DNA from: an uncultured Bacillota bacterium
Lineage (GTDB): Bacteria; Bacillota; DTU025; MWDF01
DNA length: 64,000 nt
Reading direction: 5' to 3'
Assembly (NCBI GenBank): GCA_963823655.1
Contig: CAWGMK010000010.1
Location: 1 to 64,000, forward strand
The notes beneath the pieces were generated by a model. The model had not been told where the DNA came from. It did no database searches and saw only the letters and a list, made by a program, of their open reading frames with translations. Made by a program: the position numbers and the translations under genes. Position 1 is the stretch's first letter. The number at the start of each line of letters is the position of its first letter. Shown piece after piece: positions 1 through 11,800 of this stretch.

Positions 1-3000
1 TGTCGAACGAGCTGCTAAAGGCATCCAGATAAGTGCCATCGTACGGAATGACGTTGGGGTAATTGTACAGATCGAGCATGTCCTGACCGGGAGACATAGA
101 CCAATCACAGGCCGACAGACATGCCAGCATAGTCCAGCTCGCCGGCCAGTGCGCGATCGTCTCCACCGAAAACGATCCGTGTTGTCCAGGGTCAGTGCGG
201 GAGCTCGGAACCGGAGTCGCCCGTACTTCGTCGCCGCTGTCGCCTAGCGTGTACTTACGTAGTAGCCGGCGACAGTAATCAAGGCATGACCTGCTCAACA
301 ACGAGGGCATTGGACCGCCGTCGGGGCTGTTGCAGTAGCCCGAGCGTCATGTCGCGAGTCCACGCGCCTTCGGTGTCCTCAACCATCAGGCCGCCGACCG
401 TCGATGAGTGTCGGCGTCGCTGGCGCCATATCGAGACTGTCACCATCCACGTCGTTGATGTAGGCCGTACCACGGGAACTGGAAGTCCACGTCGTTGCCG
501 TTGATCCAGTCGTTGTTCGGGGTCGTCGTGATGACGTAGTTGTCGGACCACCTGGGTCAGTGGTGCGCAGGACGTTCGTGCCGGTCTGATCCGGATACGC
601 CCCCAATGTGCCAGTCCAGGTGTTGGAGGATGCGCCGATGTTGAAGGCGCCGGTTTCCCACCAGCCTGGAGTCACCTGCAGGATCTCGGGAGGCCCGATG
701 TACTCGGCGAACTCGCCGCCACCACCGCCACCGCCGCCGCCGCCACCGCCGAAGGTCAGGCCGTTGTTCAGCCAGGCCAGCGCGTTCTGCAGCACGTCGG
801 CGCGCTCCATCGGCGAGCCGTCAGGCGTGACGGCTGATGTCACCGTCATCGGGGCCCAGGGATAACCCATGACCCACAGCTTGCCGGGGCCGCTCTGGTG
901 GTTGTAGCCCCGGATAGATGCCGATGTTGGCATCCGGCGCCTGCGAGTTGCCATAGCTCAGAGCACCGATGTCGTTGCCCCAGGCCATCGGCGAAACGTA
1001 GATGCCACCCTTGGCGAAGGGGCCCTCGCCGTTGCCGTTCATGCCGGGATACCAGCAGATGCCGGGAACTGGATCGGCGCGGAGCCGAAGCTGAACTGCA
1101 GCGGCAGGTTGCCCGAGGAGCCGGCGCCGTCATAGCGCTCGCCCGTGGCCACCGCGCTCAAACCGCCGTAGTGCCCTCCCTCAGTCGCGCCGATGAAGTT
1201 CGTCGGCGCCTGCGGGAAGAAGTAGCCCGTGCCAAAGCCCACGCCCTGGTCCGCCGAAATGCCGGCCGCCCAGGGATGCGCCACCAGCGCGCCGCAGCGA
1301 AGGATCAACCTCCGTCCAGCCGTAGACCGGGCCCCGCCGCGGCCCCGGGATACCACCAGCCCCACCGTACCCACCGGGTCGATGCCGTGGCTCTGGCTGA
1401 TCAGCAAGCACCTGATGACCGTCCGTCATCAGCTGAATGTAGTTGTCAACTTCCGCTTGCGTCCACTGCGGGTTGTATGGCTGCGGCTCGCCACCGGCTC
1501 CCGGGCCGCCGCGGTACCAGATCGCGACCTTGAAGCCCTGCGCCGTGAAGTCCGCCGCGACCGTCGGCGCTGAAGTCCACGACCGAGTACACCGCGCCCA
1601 GCGTCGTCCAGGTCGGCCATCAGCGCGTTGAAGTTCGTGTTGTACGCCGTAGGTCGGCGCGTCGTCGCGGATGACCATGATCTCGCCGCCGGCAGCGCCG
1701 CCGCCGTGGCCCAGTACGATCGGCAGCGAGTCGCCATAGGCAAAGCCCACCTCGTCCTGGACCTGGACCCGCACCACATACGTGCTTTCCTTGTTATCGT
1801 CGTCGCCGTAAGTGTGGATCGCCGTCATCTGCGCGTCCGCGTACGGCGTCCCCGCCGGCTGGATCGTCCCGTCGCGGAACGCCCACACGTAGTCTTGTAC
1901 ATGCAGTCTCGCGTTCGGCGTGCCGCCGTAACCCTGCGCGTGCATCTTCACCGTCACCGTCGCCAGACCGTCGTCCGCCGGCAGCCCACGTGATAGGACG
2001 TGCCGTCGTCGTTTTGCTCCACCGGCGTCCAGGCGTCGCCCGGCGTCGTTGCGGTACGCATCCACCGTCACGTTGACCGCCAAGGCGCCCCGCCGCCGTA
2101 GAACGTCGTCGGCGCCAATCTTGATCAGTTCGTCGTCCTCTTCCATAGCAGTACACGTTGTTGCCCGTGAAACCGGTAGGCCTGCGCCTCGTCCGGCACC
2201 GTCGGGATACGTCGCCTGGTCGTAGTCCACCCACCAGATGAAGCCGTGCTCAAACCACATGCCCCACTGGTAGTACGTGCCCTGCGTCAGCAGCAGCGCA
2301 CCGTTGGCATACGCCACCGGCCCGTAAACCGGCCAGCCCAGCTGCACTCTCCCAGGGGCCCGCCAGCCGGCGCTCATGTCCTGCCACCGCTTCAACAGCA
2401 CGCCGTAGATCGGGCTGCACAAAGAAGCCCGTCGTTCTGCGCTTCGGCCACAAACTGGTTGAAGTCGGCGCAACTGCTCGTTGTGCTCTCCAGCCCGATG
2501 ATCTGCGCCGCCGCCGTAGCAGGCGCTCACCGTGCCGAAGTAGAACTCCTGGTAGCGGGCCACCGTGTCGCCGCTGGACGTCAGCTGCGCCGACGGGATT
2601 GCTCTGCGGCGCAATCAGAATGTTGAACAGCTGCGTCTCCGCCAGCGCCGGCAGCGCGCTAAACTTCGAGTTAAAGCGCTTCCAGAACCAGCCGGTCACG
2701 CGATACGCCGTCGGCGCCGGAGCAGTCGCCCCCAGGTCCCACGCCCGGCGCCAGGTCGGCGCGGTAACTCAGCTCGGCGAACTCCGCCGTGCTGAGCTCG
2801 TCCTTCGGGTTGGCCGCGCGGTCCGTCGAAAACAGCTGATACACCGCGGACTGCGCATCGTTGCCCGCGCCACCCGACGAGTTGAACCAGTTCGGCGGCA
2901 CTTAAGCCACGCTCAACCCAGCTGATGCGCTGCGGCACGGCCATCGGCGCGTCGGAAATCACATCTTCCACCGCGTGCCCGTTGGCCGAGTTGCTGCCGT

Positions 3001-3482
3001 TGCTGTTGCAGCCGAAGCTCGGCGTGCGCGCCCGGCGCCACGCTCTTGTATTCGCCCTGCATCACCGGCGTCGGCGCCACGTACGTCTTCTGGTCGTCCC
3101 AGCTCACGCTCTTGTCGCTTAAACCGCGGGGCTGGATCTCCATCCCCTTCTCCAGCGCCTTCTGCGTCTCCGCCATCAGCAGCTCATAGCTCGGAGCCTC
3201 GATCGGCGTCTGTTCGCGCGGCGCGATGAACGGCTGGTTCCAGCCGGAATCACTGAACATCTCCTGCTGCCACGCCGGTAGCGTTCCAATCTCATCCTCG
3301 CTGATCGCCTGGCCCACTGTCTTGTTCGCATTCGCGTCAGACACGCCGGTACCATGACCAGAAGGATCGACTGAGACGCTGCCCCCACCGCCGTTGCCAC
3401 AGGAAAGTAATGAAAGCGCTACCACCAGAATGAGTGCCAGCGCCAGGGAGGTTGAAGATAGTCGAATGCAAGCAGTAGTCAT
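1..3482 (-). CDS. Large secreted lipoprotein with LGFP-like region, PKD-like domain and poly-Gly linker; frameshifted, runs off left edge
   Basis: ATG at 3482 after AGGAG; hydrophobic signal ending LLSC-GNGGGG (lipobox); 'IYGVLLKRWQ...LGWPVYGP...WFEHGFIWW' resembles LGFP repeats; 'YVWAFRDG...HTYG...TYVVRVQVQD' resembles PKD; G12 linker at ~715-752; consecutive minus-strand ORF pieces. Confidence 0.6.
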
Positions 3483-3945
3483 ACACACTCCTAACATGGG
3501 AAGTGCTGTGCCTCGATCGAAGCACATTAGCCCTAAGGCCACCACAGCGGCGATTTGGCAGCTCACCTGATGGCGCCAGTTCAGCCGAGTCGCAGCGTCT
3601 TACTACCTCAGGCAGGCCTCTCCAACCAGGGCTGTCGCATGCTTCGACGAGCCGCGAAACAGCCAACATGCAAATCGTCGCAGTTAGGGCAAGCAGCCCA
3701 AAACACCAGTTCGCCCACGTCAGGGCGTAACACCTCCTAAAACATATTGAGTAACACCAGCAGTCTGCTCTGAATTAAGTATAACAGAATTGTTGTATGT
3801 GCGGGAATGCCAGCCTGGTCAACGGCCGGCCTGCGGTAGCCTGCGCCGGCCCGCCAACTGCTACAGCGCTAAACTCAGTCCGGACTCGCCCACCCGCCAG
3901 CCCCAAGCCGCAGCGCAGAAGCGTCAGCCAATTCTCGAATAACCC

Positions 3946-3974
3946 TTGCATACCCGTACGGGTAGGGGTATAAT
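3946..3974 (+). promoter_or_regulatory. Sigma70-type promoter with CsoR/CstR-like operator in the spacer
   Basis: TTGCAT (3946-3951)-N17-TATAAT (3969-3974); perfect palindrome TACCCGTACGGGTA at 3951-3964 followed by GGGGTAT. Confidence 0.75.
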
Positions 3975-4016
3975 GAAAGTTGTCCGAAACCACAAGCAGG
4001 GTTGCTGGAGGCCCCG

Positions 4017-5436
4017 GTGCAGCGATTGACATTCTCGGTTCAGGCCTGGCTGGGCGGCCTTGGCTGCTGGCTCGTGCTGGCCACAGCAGGCTGCAGCGTG
4101 GGCGCGCCGCCGCGCGACAATCCCCGCGCCGCCCTGCCGCCGGCGCCGGCGCCGGTCAAGCATGCGGCGATGATCCACGGCCGGTTCGCCAGCCCGCAGG
4201 ACGTCACGCGCGCCTGCCTGAAGTGCCACCCGCAGGCGGCGGCGTGAAGTAATGGCCACCTCGCATTGGACCTGGGAGAGCGACAGCGCCGTCTCGCCGC
4301 TCAGCGGCCAGACCGATCGCGCATCGGCAAGAAGAACATGCTCAACAACTTCTGCATCGGCGTGCAGGGCAACGAGCGGCACTGCATGGCCTGCCATGCG
4401 GGCTACGGCTGGCAGGACGCCAGCTTCGACTTCAGCCGCGCGGAGCAATGTCGACTGCCTGGTCTGCCACGACACGACCGGCACCTATCGCAAGGACCCC
4501 GAGGGCGCCGGCCTGCCGGCCAGGGATGTCGACCTGCTGGCGGTGGCGCAGAGCGTGGGCCGGCCGACGCCGGCGCAACTGCGGCAGCTGCCACTTCGCC
4601 GGCGGCGGCGGCGACGCGGTCAAGCACGGCGACCTGGACGGCACGCTGCACTTCCCGAGGCAGCGCATCGACGTGCACATGGGGCGCTACGACATGCAGT
4701 GCCAGGACTGCCACCGCACGCAGCACCACGCCATCCGCGGCCGCCTGCTGTCGGTCAGCAACCGCGCCGAGCTGGACGTGGCCTGCACCGACTGCCACAG
4801 CGCGCAGCCGCATCAGCAGCAGCGGCTGAACGCGCACACGCGCGCGGTGAGCTGCCAGGCCTGCCATATCCCGCAGCTATGCGACGAGGCAGCGACGAAG
4901 ATGCAGCTGGGACTGGTCGCAGGCCGGGCAGGACCGGCCCGGCGAAGATCCGCGACGCTACAGCAAGAAGAAGGGCAGCTTCAGCTACGCCAGCGACGTG
5001 GTGCCCGAGTACTACTGGTACAACGGCGCGGTCGAGCTATTACCTGCCCGGCGAGAAGATCGATCCCGCGCAGGTGCTGCAGCATCAACCACCCGCAGGG
5101 CAGCATCCGCGATCCGCGAGGCCAAGATCTGGCCGTTCAAGGTGCATCGCGGCAAGCAGGTCTACGATGCCGGCAACAACTACCTGCTGGTGCCGCGCGA
5201 CGGTCGGCCCAGGCGGCTACTGGGCGGACTTCGACTGGGACCAGGCGCTGCGCCTGGGCAGCCAGAGCACGGGCCTGCCCTACAGCGGCAAATACGGCTT
5301 TGTGGACACCGAGATGTACTGGCCGATCACGCACATGGTGGCGCCCAAGGAGCAGGCGCTGCAGTGCACCGACTGCCACGGCGAGCAGGGGCGGCTGGAT
5401 TGGCAGGCGCTGGGCTATGACGGCGACCCGGCGTAA
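4017..5436 (+). CDS. otr: Octaheme c-type cytochrome, tetrathionate reductase (Otr) family; frameshifted
   Basis: Eight CxxCH motifs across frames (CLKCH, CMACH, CLVCH, CGSCH, CQDCH, CTDCH, CQACH, CTDCH); family motifs SHWTW, GKKNMLNNFCI, GGGGDAVKHGDLD, KIWPFKVHRGKQVYD, MYWPITHMVAPKEQALQC; GGAGG before GTG 4017. Confidence 0.85.
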
Positions 5437-5494
5437 GAGCGGCGGGCGCGCAGAAACCGCGCTCATCGCATGCTAGCGGAGCAGGTGGCACACG

Positions 5495-7375
5495 ATGAGT
5501 ACTGCTGGCCTGATCGTGCTGTTCGCGGCGTTGGCGCTGCTGCTGGCCGCGGACAAGCCGCCGCCACCGCCGCCACTACGCCGAGTTCCACCCGCGCATC
5601 AAACTGCTGGATCGCCGGGGCCAGCGCTGTCGCCAGCGGCGCGCCGGTCTCGCCGATGGCCACCTGCGGCCAGTGCCACGACGCCCAGTACATCGCCCAG
5701 CACAACTACCATGCTCAAGCCTCCGCGCGGATGCCCTCGGCATAACCGCCTGGCAGCGCCAGCTGGACTTCGTACCAGCTTGCCAGGCGGCTGCCACAAG
5801 CCTGCAGCCGGCGCTGAGCTGAACTGCTTTGTCTGCCACCTCGCCGAGCCGGACAACGCGGCGCGGCTGGCGGAGCTGGCGGCTGGCCGGGCGGCTGGTC
5901 GGCCACGGCCACGCTTAGCCGGCACAGGCCTGGTGCAGCGGAACGGCACGGCTGGCAGTGGAACGCCGCGGCAGTTGCTGCCGACGGCACGCGTCAGCAG
6001 CGCAGCAGCTCAAGCTGGGCGCCGGCGCGCAGCGCCAACTGCGGCCTGTGCCATGGCATCGTCTACGACGGCGACCGCGCCGCTGGCGCTGAGCTACAGC
6101 CTGCGCAACTGGAGCACCGAGACCACCGGCCAGGTCTACTCGCCGCAGCGCATCAGCGACTCCGCGCTGAACCTGCAGGAGAAGGACGCGCTGACCCGCC
6201 CGTGGGATATCCATGCCGAACGCATGCTCGGCTGCAGCGATTGCCACTATGCGCCGAACAACCCGAGCTACCGCCGCGAGCCTGACGCCACCAAGCCGGA
6301 GCATCTGCGCTATGACCCGCGCAAGCTGACGCTCGGGCAGTATCTGAAGCGGCCGGGCCACGACTTCGCCAAGGGCGACAGCGCGCAGGGGCTTGCCGCG
6401 GCGGCGAGCGACGGCAGCATGCGGCGCTGCGCGGACTGCCATGACGCGCAAACAGACGCATCGCGGCTGGCTGCCGTACACCAAGCGCCACCTGGCCATG
6501 CTCTGCCTGCGAGGCCTGCCACATCCCGCGGGTCTATGCCCCGGCGCGCGCGGTGACGGACTGGACGCTGCTCACGGCGGAGGCGAGCCGCTGCGTGCAA
6601 TACCGCGGCGGCGCGGCGGGGCTGCTCAGCGCGGCGAGGCGCGCAAGCCAGCGCAGCTGCTTAGCGGCTACCAGCCGGTGCTGCTGCCGCGGCGCGACAT
6701 GCCGGGCGCACAGCAGCTTCGTGCCATACAACGTGATCACGACCTGGTACTGGGTCGATGCCGCCGCCACCGGCAACGGCGGCGACAGCCGCGCCCATCG
6801 CCACGGAGCAGTTGCAGCAGGCGCTGCTGCCGGCTGGGAAGTACGCCCCCGACGTTGCTGGCGGCGCTGGACGCGGACGGCGATGGCGTGCTCTCGGCAG
6901 ACGAGATGCGCCTGGACACCACAGGCAAAAGTGGATGCCGTAGCGCCGCCGCGCTGCGGAGCAAGCGGCGTGGCCAACCGGCGCATCGCTGCGCGAGTTG
7001 GCGCCGTACGACCTGCACCACAGCGTGGCGACCGGCGAGTGGGCGGTGAAGCAGTGCGCGGAATGCCATGCGCGCGACAGCCGCATGAGCGGGCCGCTGG
7101 CAGCTGAGCGACTACGTCCGCCGGGCGTGGCGCCGCAGCTGGTGGCCGCCGCCAGCGTGATTCCCGCGGGCCAGCTGCTGCGCGATGCGGGCGGCGGCCT
7201 GGTCTATCAGCCGAGCGACGCCGCGGCCGGCATCTACATCCTGGGCCACGACCGCTGGCTGCTGGGCGACCGCCTCGGCCTGCTCGCCGTGATCCTCGCG
7301 CTGCTCGCCGCCGCGAGCCACGGCGCGCTGCGGATCGCCAGCACTGCAAGCGCGCGCAAGCGGGAGGCGCGATGA
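5495..7375 (+). CDS. Second multiheme cytochrome c (about 8 hemes) with C-terminal membrane anchor; frameshifted
   Basis: N-terminal signal; CGQCH, a damaged xGGCH, CFVCH, CGLCH, CSDCH, CADCH, CEACH, CAECH; EF-hand-like DADGDGVLSADE; C-terminal 'YILGHDR...TM...HGALR'. Confidence 0.75.
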
Positions 7376-8018
7376 ACCGCCTATACCTGTACAGCTTGTA
7401 TCAGCGCGTCTGGCACTGGACTGCAGGCGCTGCTGCTGCTGACGCTGATCCTCAGCGGGCTGGAGATCCACCTGCCGGAAAGCGTGCGGCTCTTCGGCTT
7501 CGCCGGCGCGGTGCGCGCGCACAACTTCGTCGGCTTCGTGCTGCTGGCCAACGCCTTCCTCGGCTTCTTCTATTACCTGACGACCGGCGAGCTGCGCCAG
7601 CTGCTGCCGCAGACGCGCAACCTGCTCAGCGATCTCACGGCGCAGGCGCGCTACTACAGCGTCGGGATTTTCCGCAACGCGCCGCACCCGCACCAAGCAG
7701 AGCGGCCGCAGCCGCCTCAATCCGCTGCAGCGCCTGACCTACACGATGGTGCTGAACGTGCTGCTGCCGCTGCAGCTGGTGACCGGCCTGCTGATCTGGA
7801 GCGCGCCAGAACTGGCCGGACTCGCTCGCGCGCCTGGGCGGACTGGCGGTGCTGGCCTATGTGCACTCGCTGGGCGCCTGGCTGTTCTGCGCGTTCCTGA
7901 TCCTGCACCTGTACCTGATCACCACCGGGCGCACGCCCAGCGACGCACCTGCGCTCGATGGTCACCGGCTGGGAGACCGAAGCGACACGCTGCCAGAACG
8001 GAGGCACCGCCGAAATGA
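7372..8018 (+). CDS. Di-heme cytochrome b subunit (Ni/Fe-hydrogenase cytochrome b-like); frameshifted
   Basis: LYSLYQRVWHW, SGLEIH, HNFVG, LNPLQRLTY, VHSLGAWLF..FLILHLYLITTG; ATGA overlap with upstream gene. Confidence 0.85.
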
Positions 8019-8024
8019 GAACGC

Positions 8025-8582
8025 ATGCAGAGTGCACAGCAGCCAGGCGCTGGCAGCAGCCGCTCCGGCCAGGGCTGCGCGCTACTTGAATCCCGTACAT
8101 CGCCGGGCGCTGCTGGGCCTGCTGCTGTTCGTCTCCGTGCTGGTCTACGGGCCACGGCCTGGGCGCTTCGGGCGGCCTGGCGCGCATGCTGGTGGCGGTG
8201 GAGGACACTCGTGGCGCCGGCGCATGTCGACGCCAATCCCAGCCTGGCCGAGATGGCCGGCGGGCCGCAGAACCCGCTCAACAACTGGGTGGTGTTCAAC
8301 GTGCTCGGCGCGTTGCTCGGCGGCTTTGTCTCCGGCCTGCTGGCCCGGCGCGTCAAGCTGGAGACTGCCGCGGGCCCGCACATCAGCCCGGCCCGCGCGT
8401 GGCGCTGGCGCTGCTGGGCGGCACGCTGGTCGGCTTCGGCGCGCGGCATGGCGCGGGGCTGCACGTCGGGCCAGGCGCTGTCCGGCGGCGCGGTGCTGTC
8501 GGTGGGCAGCTGGGCCTTCATGTTCGCCGTGTTCGCCGGCGGCTATCTGCTGGCGTATCCCGTGCGCCGGCTGTGGAACTGA
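8025..8582 (+). CDS. YeeE/YedE family sulfur-compound transporter; frameshifted
   Basis: YLNPY..G.LLG start, GLGASGG, GMARGCTSGQALSGGAVLSVGSW motif. Confidence 0.85.
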   Translation: MQSAQQPGAGSSRSGQGCALLESRTSPGAAGPAAVRLRAGLRATAWALRAAWRACWWRWRTLVAPAHVDANPSLAEMAGGPQNPLNNWVVFNVLGALLGGFVSGLLARRVKLETAAGPHISPARAWRWRCWAARWSASARGMARGCTSGQALSGGAVLSVGSWAFMFAVFAGGYLLAYPVRRLWN

Positions 8583-8590
8583 GGTGAACC

Positions 8591-8856
8591 ATGGCGCCAT
8601 TTGACATCGCAACACACTGGGGAGTCTGGGCGGAGAACCTGGCCTACCTGGCGGCTTCGGCTTCGCCTTCGGCTTCATCCTCGAACGCGCCGGCTTCGGC
8701 AGCTCGCGCAAGCTGGTGGCGCAGTTCTACCTGCGCGACATGACGGTGCTCAAGGTGATGTTCACCGCGATCGTCGTCGCGCATGCTGCTGAACTTCTGG
8801 GCCAGCGGCCTGCAGTGGCTGGACTTTTCGCGCGTGTTCGTCAATCCGACCTTCCT
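8591..8856 (+). pseudogene. Second YeeE/YedE protein, 5' part only, cut at the junction
   Basis: GFAFGFILERAGFGSSRKLVAQFYLRDMTVLKVMFTAIVV...VFVNPTFL then abruptly becomes the antisense of ndvB. Confidence 0.75.
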
Positions 8857-11800
8857 GGTCAGCCTGATCGCGTCGTCGATCCCGGCCAGTGCCGCCGCGA
8901 CCGGGAGGGGTTGATCGAGCATCTCGCGGCAGGCGTTGGACAACGCCAGCAGGTGCCCGCAGAAGTTGCCGCTGTCGACCGATGACAGGTAGGCCGGCTC
9001 GAGCGGCCGCAGGTCGCGCGTGTCGTACCAGTTGTACAGGTGGCCATGAAGTCGCTCGAGCGACGCGGACCGTCGCGAGCGTCGCCTCGACTCGTTCCGC
9101 CATCTCGTGCGTGCCGATCCACCCCATGTCTCGAGCGGTGACGGTCGAGAGCAGGTACATGCCGATGTTGGTGGGCGACGTCCGGTGCGCGACGACAGGC
9201 TCGGGCCTCTCCTGGTAGTTGTCGGGTGGCAGGGCGTGGTCCTCAGGGGTCACGAACGTCTCGAAGAAGCGCCAGGTGCGTCGGCCGATGAGACGCAGCG
9301 TCCGGGCATCGGCGTCCGAGAGCTCGCGGTCGGTCGACTCCCGCGGCGTCAGGCTGACCCACCTGGCCACCAGCGGCGAGAGCAGCCAGAGGATGACGAA
9401 CGGCGCGGCGATCAGGGCGGCTGACGGCTTCAGGGCCAGGACGAGGAACCCTGACGCGACCGCGATGACCGACCCCGCCGGCCATCGATCGATAGGACCC
9501 CGCGAGGTCAAGGTCCTGACCAGCCTTGGCGTGGGCAGCGGTCCTCCACTCGAGCAGATCGCGGTGCGTGACGTAGACCCGCACGAGCGTCCTCAGGATG
9601 GCGTCCAGCATCAAGGCGGCCTGATGGGCGAGGAAGGTGATGCCAAGTGTCACGTGGGCGGCGGCAAGGACCAGGTCCGTGGCCACGGCGCGCAGGTGAC
9701 TGCGCTTCGAGATCCCCCGCCGCCGCGGCAGCAGACCCGCCAGCACCGGCAGCAGGCTGGCACGAGCATGGAGGCCAGGATGAGCCCGGTCCACAGCCCG
9801 GCTGGGAGCGAGGGCAGCGTCCAGGCCGCCAGGAGTGCCATCAGCGGCCGATGGCGCCGAGAGCGTTCGACGCAGGTTGTCGATCATCTTCCAGCGCGCG
9901 ATGGCGGGGATCCGGCTCGGCCGGCCCGTCGCGCCATGCGGCCGGCCCAGGATCCAGGGCAGGAGCTGCCAGTCGCCTCGTGCCCAGCGGTGCTGGCGTG
10001 CCACGGCGTCCTGGTAGCGCGAGGGCGACTCGTCGAAGAGCTCGATGTCGGTGACCAGGGCCGCTCGGGCGAAGGTGCCCTCCAGCAGGTCGTGGCTCAG
10101 CAGCGTGTTCTCGGGTGCGCGATCGGCCAGCGCCTGCTCGAAGGCATCGAGGTCGTAGATCCCCTTGCCGGTGTAGGTGCCCTCACCGAAGAGATCCTGG
10201 TAGACGTCGGAGACCGCGGACGCGTAGGGGTCGATGCCCGCGGAGCCCGAGTAGACACGCTGGAAGATGGACGCCTCGTGCTCGGCAGGCAGGGTCGCGG
10301 TGACCCGAGGCTGCAGGATGGCGTGTCCGTCCACGACCCGTCCCGCGCTGCGCGTCGAACACCGGGCGGTTCAGCGGGTGCGCCATCGTCCCCACAAGAC
10401 GTGCGGCGGCGCCCCGTGGCAGTCGGGTGTCGGAATCGAGGGTGATGACGTAGCGAACGCCGCTCGGGGGCATCGGAGGAGGGTCGCCCCGTGAGCAGGA
10501 TGGAGGTGTCAGGCGGAGCCACGCAGCAGGGCGTTGAGCTCGTGGAGCTTGCCGCGCTTGCGCTCCCAGCCCATCCATACGCCCTGGGCTGCGTTCCAAC
10601 GGCGTTCGCGGTGGAAGAGCAGGAAGCGGGCCCCGCCCCCGGGGGCCTCGCCGTGCGGGCATTGAGCCGATCGATGGACGCGGTCGCCGCGGCCAGCAGG
10701 GCCTCGTCACCGGGGACACGTTCGTGCGCGGCGTCCAGCCAGTCGGTCAGCAGGGCGAAGCGCAGGTCGCCTTCGGCGTTCGCGAGGTAGCTGGACCTCC
10801 AGGAGGCTCACCTGCGCCTCGATGTCCGCCTCGTCGGCGAGGAGCGTCGGGACCACGACGAGCGTGCGGAGGTCGGATGGCACACCGCCCGACGAGCTCC
10901 AGCCTCGGAAGCGGTCGCGGGCCGACGAGATGCGTCACCAGCCAGTTGGTGAGGGCCACCGCGACGTCAGACGCCGGGATGAGGGCCAGGATCGCCATGG
11001 CCAGCAGGGGCAGATCGGTCACGCCACTCGCTGCTGCCAGCCAGAGGGGCAGCGCGAGGACCAGGGCGGTGACGGCCGCCACCGTGCCGAGGTAGCCCAC
11101 CGTGGCCGTGCGCGTCAAGGCGCGCCGCAGGCGCTCGGTCCACGGCACGCGGCACTCGAGCGCCTGCTCGAGCAAGGGCCGTCCGTCGGAGATCAGGTAG
11201 CGGCCCGCGTCACGGCGTCGGCCTGTCGGGGTCGAGAGGCGGTCGTCCGCGCTCCAGGCGGCCGCGCTCGCTGGTGCGGATGACTCCCGTCCCTCCCTCG
11301 GGCACCCCGGGAGCTGCTCGCGTGCCAGGCGCGCCAGCCTGGCCAGATCCAGCATCGACATCTCGGCCGCGCCAGGCGCCGCAGCCAGCACCATCGCCGT
11401 GCGGGCCACCTCCACCTCGGTCCGGCCCGAGCGCCGCGCGAGCTGCTCGATGGCGTGCCGGTACCGGTCTCGCGTGACGAAGTCCATGCTCCCGAACGAG
11501 CTGCCGTCGCGGAGGACCTTGTCGACGAGGCTGAGGCCCTCCACGAACTCGGCCCAATCGAACCAGGAGATGAGGCGCATGCTGGTGATGACGTTGCGGA
11601 CGGTCACGTTCATGGCCGCCTGGCGCTGGTGCTCGAGGCGGACGATCTCCTCGGCGCTGGTGCCGCGCGCCGCGACGAGCTCCTCGAGCCAGCCGAGTGC
11701 GGGCGTGACTGCTGGGTCCTGGTCGCGCAACCGCTGGAAGAGCTGGACCTGGCCGGCCGTTGAGAGCGCCGTGTCGGCGAGCCGGCGCAGCGATGCGGCG

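Noticed and set aside
3490-3780. c-di-GMP or other riboswitch upstream of the lipoprotein gene
   Set aside because: Hairpins are present but I could not match the conserved motifs of any known class.
11210-11390. Intein or mobile insertion in ndvB
   Set aside because: Short in-frame low-complexity linker with no intein terminal motifs or terminal repeats.
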